DNA from: an uncultured Bacteroidales bacterium
GTDB taxonomy: Bacteria; Bacteroidota; Bacteroidia; Bacteroidales; UBA932
Assembly (NCBI GenBank): GCA_946625485.1
Contig: CAMOTB010000001.1
Location: forward strand, 1-61,705
Length of the DNA: 61,705 nt
Direction of reading: 5' to 3'
Shown in pieces: positions 8,571 to 18,815 of this stretch. Numbering within the stretch: the stretch's first letter is position 1; the number at the start of each line of letters is the position of its first letter. The notes beneath the pieces are model-generated. The model ran no database searches and was not told the origin of the DNA. It worked only from the letters and a program-made list of their open reading frames with translations. The position numbers were made by a program, and so were the translations under genes.

Positions 8571-10073
8571 ATGTTTCTCCCGCTGGCCATATTCAATATC
8601 AATTTCATGTCCAGTAACCTCCTGTTGCTGGTTTCGGTATTGGTATTCATATCCCTTCTGGTCAACAAAGTCGGAGCCCGTTTCGGTGTTCCGACTTTGC
8701 TGCTCTTTCTGCTGGTCGGCATGCTCGCCGGACGGGACGGACTGGGCATCCATCTGGAAAACCACGAAGTAGCCGAGTCCATCGGTCACTTCGCGATGAC
8801 CATCATCTTGCTGACCGGCGGACTGGAGACTTCCCTGAAAGAGACCCGTCCGGTCATGAAACAGGGTCTCCTGCTGTCTACGGTAGGCGTGATGCTGACA
8901 ATCCTGCTGACCGGGGTGTTCACTTACTGGGTGGCCAGGCCGCATCTCGGAGCCATAGGAGCCTCCCTCTTGGGATGCCTGCTGGTCGCGACGGTCATGT
9001 CTTCGACCGACTCGGCTACGGTTTTCAACATCCTCCGGGACAGACGGCAGCGACTGCGCGAAGATCTCGGCCCCATGTTGGAACTGGAGTCCGGCAGCAA
9101 TGATCCGATGGCCTATGTCCTGACCATCATCCTGGTGGAAGTGCTCTCGGCAGCCCAGGCCCTGCCCCCGGGCAGCAGTGCCTGGCCTCTGGTCGGCAAA
9201 GGTTTCCTGATCCTGCTCCTGCAACTCATCGTCGGTTTTGCCATCGGGATCGGAGTCGGCTTTGCCGCCAAGTGGCTGTTGGGCAAAGTCCACCTGCAGG
9301 GCGGCCCTCTCTATGCCATCATGATCCTGAGCCTGGGCTTCTTCGCCAACGGTATTGCCAATGTCCTTCATGGAAACGGGCTCCTGGCGCTCTATACGGC
9401 AGCCATCCTGATCGGCAACTACGCCGAACTTCCCTACAAGCGGGACATCCTGAAGTTCTTCGACGGGCTCACCTGGCTGGTCAAATTGCTCATGTTCCTC
9501 GTCCTGGGCTTGATGGCGCGGCCTTCCCAGTTCCCGTCCGCAATCATCCCCGCCCTGCTGATCGGCCTGTTCATGATCTTCATCGCACGGCCTGCCAGCG
9601 TGTTCCTGACATTACTTCCCTTCCGTAAGATGTCTTTCCGGGCCAAATTCTTCACGTCCTGGGTCGGCATCAAAGGCGCGGGACCCATCCTGTTTGCCCT
9701 CTATCCGGTCGTTTTCGGGCTGGAGGATTCCGATACGATGTTCAACATCGTGTTTTTCATCACTTTGCTTTCCCTGCTCATTCAGGGCATGACCCTCTCC
9801 CCCATGGCCCGCGCACTGGGTCTGGTCGACCAGGAAGATCCGGAGGTCGAAACCTTCGGCATGGACATCCCTGAGGAGATGGGCATGCTCCGGGACCACA
9901 TCGTCACGGAAGACGACCTCGCCGACGGTGATACGCTGCGCGACTTGCATCTTCCGCACGGTATCCGTGTCATGATGGTCCGCCGGAAAGACAAGTTCAT
10001 CGTTCCGCACGGCAGCCTGAAGTTGTCCGCAGGAGACCGGCTCGTCATCCTGATCGGCGATACGGAGGATTGA
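8571..10073 (+). CDS. K+/H+ antiporter, CvrA/NhaP2 family, with C-terminal TrkA-C domain (alternative start 8607)
   Basis: SSTDSATVF, LELESGSNDPMA and SWVGIKGAGPI; RCK_C-like tail. Confidence 0.88.
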   Translation: MFLPLAIFNINFMSSNLLLLVSVLVFISLLVNKVGARFGVPTLLLFLLVGMLAGRDGLGIHLENHEVAESIGHFAMTIILLTGGLETSLKETRPVMKQGLLLSTVGVMLTILLTGVFTYWVARPHLGAIGASLLGCLLVATVMSSTDSATVFNILRDRRQRLREDLGPMLELESGSNDPMAYVLTIILVEVLSAAQALPPGSSAWPLVGKGFLILLLQLIVGFAIGIGVGFAAKWLLGKVHLQGGPLYAIMILSLGFFANGIANVLHGNGLLALYTAAILIGNYAELPYKRDILKFFDGLTWLVKLLMFLVLGLMARPSQFPSAIIPALLIGLFMIFIARPASVFLTLLPFRKMSFRAKFFTSWVGIKGAGPILFALYPVVFGLEDSDTMFNIVFFITLLSLLIQGMTLSPMARALGLVDQEDPEVETFGMDIPEEMGMLRDHIVTEDDLADGDTLRDLHLPHGIRVMMVRRKDKFIVPHGSLKLSAGDRLVILIGDTED

Positions 10074-10132
10074 CAGGCCATCGCTCACAATCTTTGAAAT
10101 CACATATATAATACGAACGTATACGTAAGCTT

Positions 10133-12934
10133 ATGAAACATTTTGCATCCCTTTGCGTCGCACTCATCCTGGCATCCGGCGCAGCGGCCTTCGGCCAGCA
10201 TCTGCCCGGCGAGCAAACCGTCAAGAAAGGTAAGCTCGACAACGGGCTGACTTATTACATCTGCCACAACGAAATCCCTGCCCAGCGGGCGGAATTCTAT
10301 CTGGCGACCAATGTCGGAGCCATCCAGGAGACTCCGGACCAGGACGGTCTGGCCCACTTCCTGGAGCACATGTGCTTCAACGGCACGAAGAATTTCCCCG
10401 AGAAAGGAATTCTCAACTACCTGCAGAGCATCGGAGCCAGCTTTGGCGGCAATGTCAACGCTTCGACGGGTGTGGAAGAGACGGTCTACATGCTGACCAA
10501 CATTCCCCTCGTCAACGAAACGGTCGTCGATTCCTGCCTGCTGATCCTGCATGACTACTCCCACTTCGTCACCTGCGCCCCGGAAGAGATTGACAAGGAG
10601 CGTGGCGTCATCCTTGAGGAAAGGAGAGCCCGCCGGAACGCATCCTGGCGTCTCAACGAGCAGGCCAAGCCCCTGCTCTACGGTGACACCAAATATGCAG
10701 GCTGCACCATCATCGGCAGCGAGGAGAACCTCAAGACTTTCAAGCCGGAGAGCCTCACCTCCTTCTACAAGACCTGGTATCGTCCTGACCTCCAGGCCGT
10801 CATCGTCGTCGGAGACATCAATGTCGACGAGGTAGAAGCCAAGATCGTCTCCACCTGGAGCGACATTCCGGCCGCCGTGGATCCGAAAGCCAAGGACATC
10901 ATCGCCATTCCCGGCCACGAAGCCCCGCTCATCGGTATCCTGACCGACCCCGAGACCCCTTCCACCAACATCGCGTTCTATTGGGAATCCCCCATTGAAA
11001 CGGAGATAATGAACGATACCGCCCCTAACGTGATCGCAGATCTGGTGAAAGACATCATCAGCACCGCCATGCAGGAGAGACTGACAGACCTGTCCGCCCA
11101 GCCTGAATCCCCGTTTGCCCAGGCGATGTTCGCGACCCTCAATGTCTGCGAGACCATGGACGCGACGGCCATGATTGCCGTCCCCAAGGAAGGCATGTGG
11201 GCGCAGTCCGTTGCGGCGGCCTTCACCGAGGCGGAGAAACTGCGCAGGTTCGGTCTCACAGAGGCTGAAATCCAGCGCGCCGAGGCTGAAGTCCTGGCCC
11301 GCTACGAGTCGGCTGCCAACAAAGCTTCAACCCGGAAGAACGCAGAGTTCGTCCAGCCTCTGATCAACAACTTCTTTGACAATCACGACTACATGTCTCC
11401 CACGGACAAGTTTGCCCTGGTCAAGGGCATCCTGCCGCAGCTCCCTGCCGCTCTGATCAACGAGCTGGCCGGACAGTTGGTCACCGAGGAGAATCTGGTC
11501 GTCCTCTATTACGGTACCCAGAAAGAGGGACTCGTACACCCGACTGAAGAGCAGATCGCCGGCATCCTCTCGACTGTCAAGGCGGCTGACATCCAGCCGA
11601 ACGTCGAGCAGACCGTTTCCGCTTCCTTCGTCGACGAGGCGCTCCTCCGCGGGGCCAAGGTCAAGAAAGTCAAGCCGTCCATCCAGGGCGCTACGGAATG
11701 GACCCTGAAAAACGGAGCCAAGGTCGTCCTGCTCCCGACGGAGTATGAGAAAGACCGGATCAGCCTGAGCCTGACGCAGAAGGGCGGCCGTGACCTGGTT
11801 GCCACGGAAGACCTTCCTTCCTTCGAAGAGAACATCCGGAGCGTATTCCAGATGAACCAGGGCGTGTCCCGTTTCCCGGCCACCGAGGTCAACAAGATGC
11901 TGTCCGGCAAGAACGTCTCCGCCCGAGCCTACATCGGTGCGCATACCCACGGGGTTTCCGCCTCCAGCAATGTCAAGGACCTGGAGACCGCCTTCCAACT
12001 CGCCTACCTTCAGTTCTGTGATCCCCGTTTCGACGAGAGCGAGTACAAGCAGTCTCTTCAGGTGATCGAGCCGATTCTCGGCAACCTGGACAAGATGCCT
12101 CAGTTCCAGTTCCAGAAACAGGCTCTCCAGACCGTCTATGGCGGCGACCGCCATCCGTTCCTGAGCCCTGAGCTTCTCTCCAAAGCCTCCCTGCAGACCA
12201 TGGAACGGGTACACAAGACCCTCTTCCGCGATGCGGCCGGCCTGACCGCCTTCATCGTCGGTGACTTCGATCCTGAGACCATCAAACCGCTGGTAGAGAA
12301 ATATATCGGCTCCATCCCGAAGGGCAAGAAGGCCCTCAACTGGACGGATCCTAAGGACGGCATCCGTCCCGGTGTCCGGGAGAAGGACTTCAGCACCGTG
12401 ATGGAGACGCCCAAGGTCACCGTCAGCCAGGTCTACTCCCTGACGCAGCCCTATTCCGTCAAGCTGGATGCGACGCTGGATGCACTCAAATACATTCTCG
12501 ACATGATCTACACCGACACGCTCCGCGAAGATGAGGGTGGCACCTACGGCGCCCAGGTTTCCGTCTCTGCCGGTCAGGCTCCCGTCTGTGAAGACATGCT
12601 TGAGGTTGATTTCGAGACCAACCCCGAATCAGCAGACAAACTCCGTATCCTGGCCAAGCAGGGACTGAAGAAGCTGGCAGAGGAAGGCCCGTCCGCCGAA
12701 TACTTCGACAGAGCGGTCAAGAATCTCCAGAAACGGATCCCGGAGAACCGTCACCGCAATGCCTATTGGATGAACGGCCTCCAGCAATGGTACCTCTACG
12801 GACTCGACTACATCACGGAGTATGAAGGCGTCATCAACAGCCTGACAGCCGCCGACGTCCAGTCCGCCGCTGCCGCGTTCTTGAACTCCGGCAACTTCGT
12901 CGAGCTGGTTATGAGACCCGAAAAAGCAGAATAA
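10133..12934 (+). CDS. M16 family zinc protease (PqqL/insulinase-like)
   Basis: Signal peptide; inverted zinc motif HFLEH; LREDEGGTYG. Confidence 0.92.
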   Translation: MKHFASLCVALILASGAAAFGQHLPGEQTVKKGKLDNGLTYYICHNEIPAQRAEFYLATNVGAIQETPDQDGLAHFLEHMCFNGTKNFPEKGILNYLQSIGASFGGNVNASTGVEETVYMLTNIPLVNETVVDSCLLILHDYSHFVTCAPEEIDKERGVILEERRARRNASWRLNEQAKPLLYGDTKYAGCTIIGSEENLKTFKPESLTSFYKTWYRPDLQAVIVVGDINVDEVEAKIVSTWSDIPAAVDPKAKDIIAIPGHEAPLIGILTDPETPSTNIAFYWESPIETEIMNDTAPNVIADLVKDIISTAMQERLTDLSAQPESPFAQAMFATLNVCETMDATAMIAVPKEGMWAQSVAAAFTEAEKLRRFGLTEAEIQRAEAEVLARYESAANKASTRKNAEFVQPLINNFFDNHDYMSPTDKFALVKGILPQLPAALINELAGQLVTEENLVVLYYGTQKEGLVHPTEEQIAGILSTVKAADIQPNVEQTVSASFVDEALLRGAKVKKVKPSIQGATEWTLKNGAKVVLLPTEYEKDRISLSLTQKGGRDLVATEDLPSFEENIRSVFQMNQGVSRFPATEVNKMLSGKNVSARAYIGAHTHGVSASSNVKDLETAFQLAYLQFCDPRFDESEYKQSLQVIEPILGNLDKMPQFQFQKQALQTVYGGDRHPFLSPELLSKASLQTMERVHKTLFRDAAGLTAFIVGDFDPETIKPLVEKYIGSIPKGKKALNWTDPKDGIRPGVREKDFSTVMETPKVTVSQVYSLTQPYSVKLDATLDALKYILDMIYTDTLREDEGGTYGAQVSVSAGQAPVCEDMLEVDFETNPESADKLRILAKQGLKKLAEEGPSAEYFDRAVKNLQKRIPENRHRNAYWMNGLQQWYLYGLDYITEYEGVINSLTAADVQSAAAAFLNSGNFVELVMRPEKAE

Positions 12935-12939
12935 CAGCG

Positions 12940-15240
12940 TCAGTCTCCTGCCTGCGGCTCGCAGGCACGCTGAACTTCCTTGACAAGGCCCCTGGACAAT
13001 TTCAGGGGCCTTGTCATTTGTTCACGGCCCGCCTCGGCGCCGAAACAGACCGTATAAAGCCCCTTGGCCACTTCCCAACGGGAAAGGGCGGCATTGAAGG
13101 AGGCCAGGTCCAGGACCGGGAAACGGAATTCCAGGGTCTGGCTCTCACCGGGCGCGAGCAGGCGTGTCTTGGCAAAATCCTTCAGCTCCCGGGCCGGTTT
13201 CTTGTCAAAAGAGCCCAGGGGTGCCGATACATACAGGCCGACGGCCTCCTTGCCCGCTACGGGCCCGGAATTGGTCACGGTCACGGAAGCCTGTACCTGA
13301 CCGGCCTTGACGCGAACCACGGCATTCGAGTAGGTAAACTGCGTATAGCTCAGGCCGAAGCCGAAAGGATAGGCGACCTCCTTCCCTTCGGTAAGGAAAT
13401 GACGATAGCCCACAAAGATATCTTCGGTATAGTCCGTATAGGCCAGGTTCTTCAGCGGCAGGCCCCGCCGCTCCGGATGGACGACGCTTTCATTGGCCTT
13501 GTTGCTGACGAAATTGTAAGGGAAATCTTCCGCACCCGCGATGTCGAAATAGTCCAGCGGGAAAGACATCGGCAGGCGGCCCGAAGGATTGACCCGTCCC
13601 GTCAGGACATCGGCGATGGCATGTCCCCCTTCTTCGCCGGGCAGCCAGGCACACAGGATCGCATCCGGCAGGTAATTCCAAGAAGCCGTCTCGATCGGAC
13701 CGCAGATATTCAGAATGACCACGACCTTTTTGCCGGCGGCGTGGAACACTTCACAGACGTTCTCCAGCAGATTGACTTCATCTTCCTGGAGCAGGAATTC
13801 ACGTCCCAGGATGCGGTCGCGCGCCTCGCCGGAAGTCCGCCCCAGCGTAATGACGGCGACATCGGAAGACTTCACCGTCTGTTCGATCAGCGTGCGCGTG
13901 ATCTCCAGCTCCGGGGTCTGCGCCTTGCCAACATGAACATTGACCTTATGGTTGAGCGCCACGTCCGCATCCGCAAATGCGGCATAGGCCGGATAGATCC
14001 TTTCTAAATCCGCATCCAGCGTGAAACCCGCTTCTTTCAGCGCATCATGGACCTGCACGACATAGGGGGCGCTGACGTAGGCGGCACCGTTGCCTCCCGG
14101 GATCAGATCATACGAATGAACGCCGAAAACGGCTGCACGGCAGGGCGCAAGGGGCAGGACACCGCCTTGATTCCTGAGCAGGACCATCCCCTCGGCAGCA
14201 GACTGCCGGGCAAGCGCAGCGTGGGCCTCCAGGTCCGGAGACAAGGAAGCCTTATGGCCCCGGAAAGCCGGCGTCTTGACGATCAGTTCCAGCACCTTGG
14301 TGACGGCACGGTCAAGATCAGCCATGGAAAGCGTCCCGTCCGCAAGGCTGGCCAGGATGTGCTCCGTCTGGTTCTTGGCTCCGCCCATGAACAGGTCCGA
14401 GCCGGCATGCAACTGCTTCGGCGTATTCCGCTTGCCCGTCCAATCCGTCACGACCAATCCCGGGTAGCCGAAATCCTGTCGCAGGATCTGGGTCAGCAAA
14501 CCATAGCTCTCCTGGGTGTATTCGCCGTTGAGCAGGTTATAAGATGCCATCACGGTCCAGGGATCAGACTCCCGCAGGCAAAGCTCAAATCCACGTGTAT
14601 AGAGTTCTCTCAGTGCCCGCGTACTGAGCCGTGAATCCCCGTCCAGGCGGTTGGTCTCCTGGCTGTTGGCCGCGAAGTGTTTCGCCGAAGTACCCACTCC
14701 GACGGATTGCAGGCCGTTGATGTAGGCGGCAGCAATCAGACCGCTCAATACCGGATCCTCGGAAAAATACTCGAAATTGCGGCCGTTCAACGGATTGCGC
14801 AGCAAGTTCATGCCGGGTCCGAGCAGCACGTCGGCCCCCAGGTCCAAGGCTTCCTCGCCGATTCCGCGACCGACAGCGGCCGCCGTTTCCCGGTCCCAGG
14901 ATGCCGCCGTCAACAAGCCGGTCGGGAAACTGGTCGAGAAATGGACTGCTCCCTTCCCATCATGCCAGTCGGGCTCCAGCCGGACGCCGGTCGGGCCATC
15001 CATCATGACAATCGAAGGAATCCCATATTTGGGCATCGGATAGGTCAAGCCGCCGGTGCCGGGCAGACCCGGGTCATAGCCCGGACATCCGGTATTGAAG
15101 CCTACGACCAGGCAAGCTTTTTCCTCAGGACTCATCACGCGGACGATTTCCTGAATATTGTTTTCACTGAGCTTGGGCTGCGCAAAAACCCCGATCCCGA
15201 AAAAGAAAAGCGCACTTAGCAAAAGAGAGAGTTTTTTCAT
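12940..15240 (-). CDS. Glycoside hydrolase family 3 (beta-glucosidase-like)
   Basis: DGPTGVR, GRNFEYFSEDP, KHFAAN, VVTDW and FGFGLSYT; Fn3-like tail. Confidence 0.93.
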   Translation of the reverse strand: MKKLSLLLSALFFFGIGVFAQPKLSENNIQEIVRVMSPEEKACLVVGFNTGCPGYDPGLPGTGGLTYPMPKYGIPSIVMMDGPTGVRLEPDWHDGKGAVHFSTSFPTGLLTAASWDRETAAAVGRGIGEEALDLGADVLLGPGMNLLRNPLNGRNFEYFSEDPVLSGLIAAAYINGLQSVGVGTSAKHFAANSQETNRLDGDSRLSTRALRELYTRGFELCLRESDPWTVMASYNLLNGEYTQESYGLLTQILRQDFGYPGLVVTDWTGKRNTPKQLHAGSDLFMGGAKNQTEHILASLADGTLSMADLDRAVTKVLELIVKTPAFRGHKASLSPDLEAHAALARQSAAEGMVLLRNQGGVLPLAPCRAAVFGVHSYDLIPGGNGAAYVSAPYVVQVHDALKEAGFTLDADLERIYPAYAAFADADVALNHKVNVHVGKAQTPELEITRTLIEQTVKSSDVAVITLGRTSGEARDRILGREFLLQEDEVNLLENVCEVFHAAGKKVVVILNICGPIETASWNYLPDAILCAWLPGEEGGHAIADVLTGRVNPSGRLPMSFPLDYFDIAGAEDFPYNFVSNKANESVVHPERRGLPLKNLAYTDYTEDIFVGYRHFLTEGKEVAYPFGFGLSYTQFTYSNAVVRVKAGQVQASVTVTNSGPVAGKEAVGLYVSAPLGSFDKKPARELKDFAKTRLLAPGESQTLEFRFPVLDLASFNAALSRWEVAKGLYTVCFGAEAGREQMTRPLKLSRGLVKEVQRACEPQAGD
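12981..13021 (+). terminator. Strong hairpin, probable terminator of the M16 transcript, lying inside the 3' end of the GH3 gene
   Basis: Perfect 14-bp inverted repeat TGACAAGGCCCCTG / CAGGGGCCTTGTCA followed by TTTGT. Confidence 0.55.
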
Positions 15241-15262
15241 CTGATGACAGGGTACTTTCTCA

Positions 15263-15270
15263 CAAAATTA
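15263..15270 (-). promoter_or_regulatory. -7 box for the GH3 gene
   Basis: TAATTTTG on the minus strand. Confidence 0.5.
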
Positions 15271-15327
15271 AGGTCTTTCTCCAAGATAAACAAACTGACG
15301 CCTTGGAACCATCCCGGAGGATTTTAC

Positions 15328-15335
15328 TATCTTTG
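15328..15335 (+). promoter_or_regulatory. -7 box for the CotH gene
   Basis: TATCTTTG 19 nt before ATG 15355. Confidence 0.55.
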
Positions 15336-15354
15336 CAGTCCGATATTTGACACC

Positions 15355-17052
15355 ATGCAGACAAGTTCCCGATCTCTCCTGGCTATCCTGGCTTCCGCAA
15401 TGCTGCTCTGCGGGGCCTGCCAGCCGGACATCATACGTGAAGACCCTTCCAAACCGGTTCAGGGCGTGCGGATCGATCCGCTCCAACTCACTTTGGAGCC
15501 CGGCAAAAGCCACACGCTCCAAGCGAACGTTATCCCGCCCGATGCGGATGACCCCGGCGTAAGCTGGACGACAAACGACAGCGCCGTCATCACGGTCAAG
15601 GACGGCGTCGTCACGGCCGTCGGGGCAGGAAGGGGACAGGTCACCGTCATCACCCGGGACGGCGGATTCAGGGCGACCTGCTTCGTGACGGTACCTGGTG
15701 CAGAACCGGTACCGGAGCCCACTCCCGAACCCACTCCGACGCCGACACCGGACAGCCGGTGGGCGGATACCGGGGCCGAAGTGCCCGTTTATCCTTCTTA
15801 CAACACCGTCGGCAAAATCGAGGATTACCCCCGGATCTATATCACCACGGATGACGGGCAGCACGTCACGTCCAAGACTACCTACAAGGGAGGTACGATC
15901 CGCTTCTGCGACCCAGCCCGGATGTATTCTGACATCACGGAGGTCCCGGCCGGCAGGATGCAGATCCGCGGCCGCGGCAACACGACCTGGGAAGATTACA
16001 GATGGACGAAGCCGTCTTACCGCCTCAAACTGGATACCCACACGAAGGTCTTCGGCATGAAGGGAGACAAAGACTGGATCCTGCTAGCAGACCACGGAGA
16101 CCCCAGCCTGATGCGCACGGCCGTTGCCCTGCGGATTTCACGTCTGGTCTCGATGCCCTGGACCCCGAAGTACCGCATGGCGGAGGTCTATTTCAACGGC
16201 AATTACCAAGGCCTGTACTATATGGTCGAGCACAAGGAGGCCGACCGAGAGAACAAGATCCCCATCACGCCCATGGCTGCGGGCAAGACGGATGGCGGTT
16301 TCCTCGTCGAGCTGGACGGCAAGGAGGATACGGACAAATACTTCTATTCCCAGTATTTCAAGAAGAGAATCAAGTTCAAGGACCCGGATGAGCCGACATC
16401 CGCTCAGGAGCAGGTGATCAAGGACGCCTTCAACATCGTCGAGAAGAAACTGCAGGAACGGGCCTTCACCGGACCGGACAGTTACCGGGCCTACGTGGAG
16501 CTGGATTCCTGGATCCAGAATTATCTGGTCCAGGAGATTTCGATGAACATCGACGGAAACATGCGCCTGTCCACCTATTTTGCCAAAGACAGCGACACGA
16601 AGCTTTTCATGCCCATGGTCTGGGACTTTGACCGGGCCTTCGGCGGTGCCGATTACATGCAGAACGATTTCGACGTACCGCAGACCTGGCCTTATGGCTG
16701 GTTTGTCCGCCTGCGCGGCGGTGATCCGGGTTACGACAACGGATACAGCTACGGATACCGTCCGACCTGGTACCAGTATCTGTTTGAAGACCAGGTCTTC
16801 GTGGCCCGGCTGCAGGAACTCTGGAGTCTCTACAAGCCTCGTCTGGACAAGATTCCGGAATTCATCGACAAAATGCTGGAATACAACAAGCTGGCCTACC
16901 GGCACAACCAGGACCATTTCAAACTGCGCGACCAGGCCGCTGCAGCAGCCCGGCTGCGAAGCGACTACATCCTGCGCATTGCCTGGCTCGACGAGCATAT
17001 CCGTACCCTCCAGCCTCAGCGTTACAACGCATCCACCGGAAAGTACGAATAG
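15355..17052 (+). CDS. Lipoprotein with Ig-like (Big_2) domain, Pro/Thr linker and CotH kinase domain
   Basis: Lipobox LCGAC; VSWTTNDSAVITV Ig-like repeat; PEPTPEPTPTPTP; IRGRGNTTW, KPSYRLKL and PMVWDFDRAFG. Confidence 0.85.
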   Translation: MQTSSRSLLAILASAMLLCGACQPDIIREDPSKPVQGVRIDPLQLTLEPGKSHTLQANVIPPDADDPGVSWTTNDSAVITVKDGVVTAVGAGRGQVTVITRDGGFRATCFVTVPGAEPVPEPTPEPTPTPTPDSRWADTGAEVPVYPSYNTVGKIEDYPRIYITTDDGQHVTSKTTYKGGTIRFCDPARMYSDITEVPAGRMQIRGRGNTTWEDYRWTKPSYRLKLDTHTKVFGMKGDKDWILLADHGDPSLMRTAVALRISRLVSMPWTPKYRMAEVYFNGNYQGLYYMVEHKEADRENKIPITPMAAGKTDGGFLVELDGKEDTDKYFYSQYFKKRIKFKDPDEPTSAQEQVIKDAFNIVEKKLQERAFTGPDSYRAYVELDSWIQNYLVQEISMNIDGNMRLSTYFAKDSDTKLFMPMVWDFDRAFGGADYMQNDFDVPQTWPYGWFVRLRGGDPGYDNGYSYGYRPTWYQYLFEDQVFVARLQELWSLYKPRLDKIPEFIDKMLEYNKLAYRHNQDHFKLRDQAAAAARLRSDYILRIAWLDEHIRTLQPQRYNASTGKYE

Positions 17053-17095
17053 CCGTAAGAAAGCGTGACCCGGTCTCCCCGGGCCTTACAGCCAG

Positions 17096-18790
17096 CTAAG
17101 ACAATTGCGTATAAGCGACCTTGCCGACCAGGGTCGTAGGGAGGGAATCGCGGACTTCCAGCTCGGCGGGAAGGGCATATTTGGCGATATGCTTCCGACA
17201 ATGCTCCATGATGCTGTCCCGCAGTTCCGGCGTATCAGCCACGCCGTCTTTCAACACGACAAAAGCCTTGACTTTCTGCATTTTGAGCGGATCACTGACC
17301 CCGATGACACAACTGCGCTGAACCGCAGGATGTCCCTCCAGGATATTCTCGATCTGGGACGGATAGACGTTGTATCCGTTCGTGATGATCATCCGCTTGA
17401 TCCGCTGGCGGAAATAGACGAAGCCTTCCTCATCCATCACGCCCAGGTCGCCGGTATGCAGCCAGGTATAACCGTCCGCATGGCGGCGCAGCGTGGAAGC
17501 ATTCTCCTCCTCATGATTGATATACCCGAGCATCATGGACGGGCCGGTCAGGCAGATCTCTCCTTCCTCTCCGTAGGGCACCTCTTCGCAAGTACCGACC
17601 TTGCAGATCTTGAAATAGGTGTCCGGATAAGGCAGTCCGATGCTCCCCTCCTTCTCCTTGTTATACGGAGTCAGGCAGCAAGCAGTCACGCATTCCGTCG
17701 TGCCATAGCCCTCGCGCACCCGTATCGTCGCCTTGTGTTCTTTCAAGAAAGCGTCAAACTTCTTTTTCAACTCGATCGAAAGCGAATCACCTCCGGAAAA
17801 TACGCCCTTGAGGCAGGACAGGTCCGCCCCGTCCAGGTAGGTATTGCGCGTGATGGCCTCGAAGAGGGTCGGTACACCCGCAATGAAATTGGGCTGCGTC
17901 TTGCGGATCAGCTTGGCATAACTCTTCACGTTGAAACGCGGCACCAGAATGGCCGTACCCCCGCAGACCAGCATCGTATGGATACATACGCCCAGGCCGA
18001 AGCCATGGAACACCGGCATCGCGGCCAGCATCTTGCCATGGCGTACCTGCTCGTGGCACATCGCCTCGGTCTGGCGCGCCAAAGCATTGAAGTTCAAGTC
18101 CGAAAGCATGATGCCCTTGGTCACCCCCGTCGTCCCGCCCGAGAAAAGCACGACCGCTTCCTTCAGCGGATCCTTCTCGACGGCATACTTCCCGCGCACG
18201 TTTTCGCCAAGGGCGATGAAATGCTTCCAGAGCAAAACGCTCCCATCTTCAATGACTTTCGGGAACTTGCGCTCCGTCAGCAGCTTCTGGCCCAGCGATA
18301 GCGGGAAGGAAAGCTCTTCGGACACACGGGCGATGATCAGCTGCTTGATCGGGCGCTGCTTCTTGACATCCAGGAACTTGGCATAAAACTGATCCAGGGT
18401 CACGGCATAGTCGCAAGAGGCTTCATCCATATAGTGAATAATCTCGCCGACGGCCGACAAAGGATGCACCATGGCCGGCGTAGCCCCGATCCGGTTCAGT
18501 CCGTACAGGCAGTAGATGGCCTGCGGAACATTGGGCAGGCACACCAGGACCCGCATCCCGGGACGGATGCCCAGGCCGTAAAAGGCACGGGCCGTGCGAT
18601 CCACTTCTTCGCTCAAAAGCCTGTACGGGATCTTGCGGCCCATGAAAGACAGGGCCGTGAAGTCCGGATCTGCCGCAGCGGTCGCAAGCACCGTGGCAGA
18701 CATGGAAGTATCACTGTAGTTCAGGTGAAAAGGCACCTCGCCATAGCTGTCCAGCCACGGCGTAGCAATGTTGTCATAGTTGAATTTCAT
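17096..18790 (-). CDS. Long-chain fatty-acid--CoA ligase / AMP-binding enzyme
   Basis: FSGGTTGVTKG, EGYGTTE, WLHTGDLG and LPTTLVGK. Confidence 0.9.
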   Translation of the reverse strand: MKFNYDNIATPWLDSYGEVPFHLNYSDTSMSATVLATAAADPDFTALSFMGRKIPYRLLSEEVDRTARAFYGLGIRPGMRVLVCLPNVPQAIYCLYGLNRIGATPAMVHPLSAVGEIIHYMDEASCDYAVTLDQFYAKFLDVKKQRPIKQLIIARVSEELSFPLSLGQKLLTERKFPKVIEDGSVLLWKHFIALGENVRGKYAVEKDPLKEAVVLFSGGTTGVTKGIMLSDLNFNALARQTEAMCHEQVRHGKMLAAMPVFHGFGLGVCIHTMLVCGGTAILVPRFNVKSYAKLIRKTQPNFIAGVPTLFEAITRNTYLDGADLSCLKGVFSGGDSLSIELKKKFDAFLKEHKATIRVREGYGTTECVTACCLTPYNKEKEGSIGLPYPDTYFKICKVGTCEEVPYGEEGEICLTGPSMMLGYINHEEENASTLRRHADGYTWLHTGDLGVMDEEGFVYFRQRIKRMIITNGYNVYPSQIENILEGHPAVQRSCVIGVSDPLKMQKVKAFVVLKDGVADTPELRDSIMEHCRKHIAKYALPAELEVRDSLPTTLVGKVAYTQLS

Positions 18791-18815
18791 GGTCCAGATA
18801 AAATGTATTCGCCTC

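Noticed and set aside
15700-15750. Short tandem repeat (ccc act ccc gaa / ccg acg) as CRISPR or VNTR
   Set aside because: It encodes the PEPTPEPTPTPTP linker and has no repeat-spacer structure.
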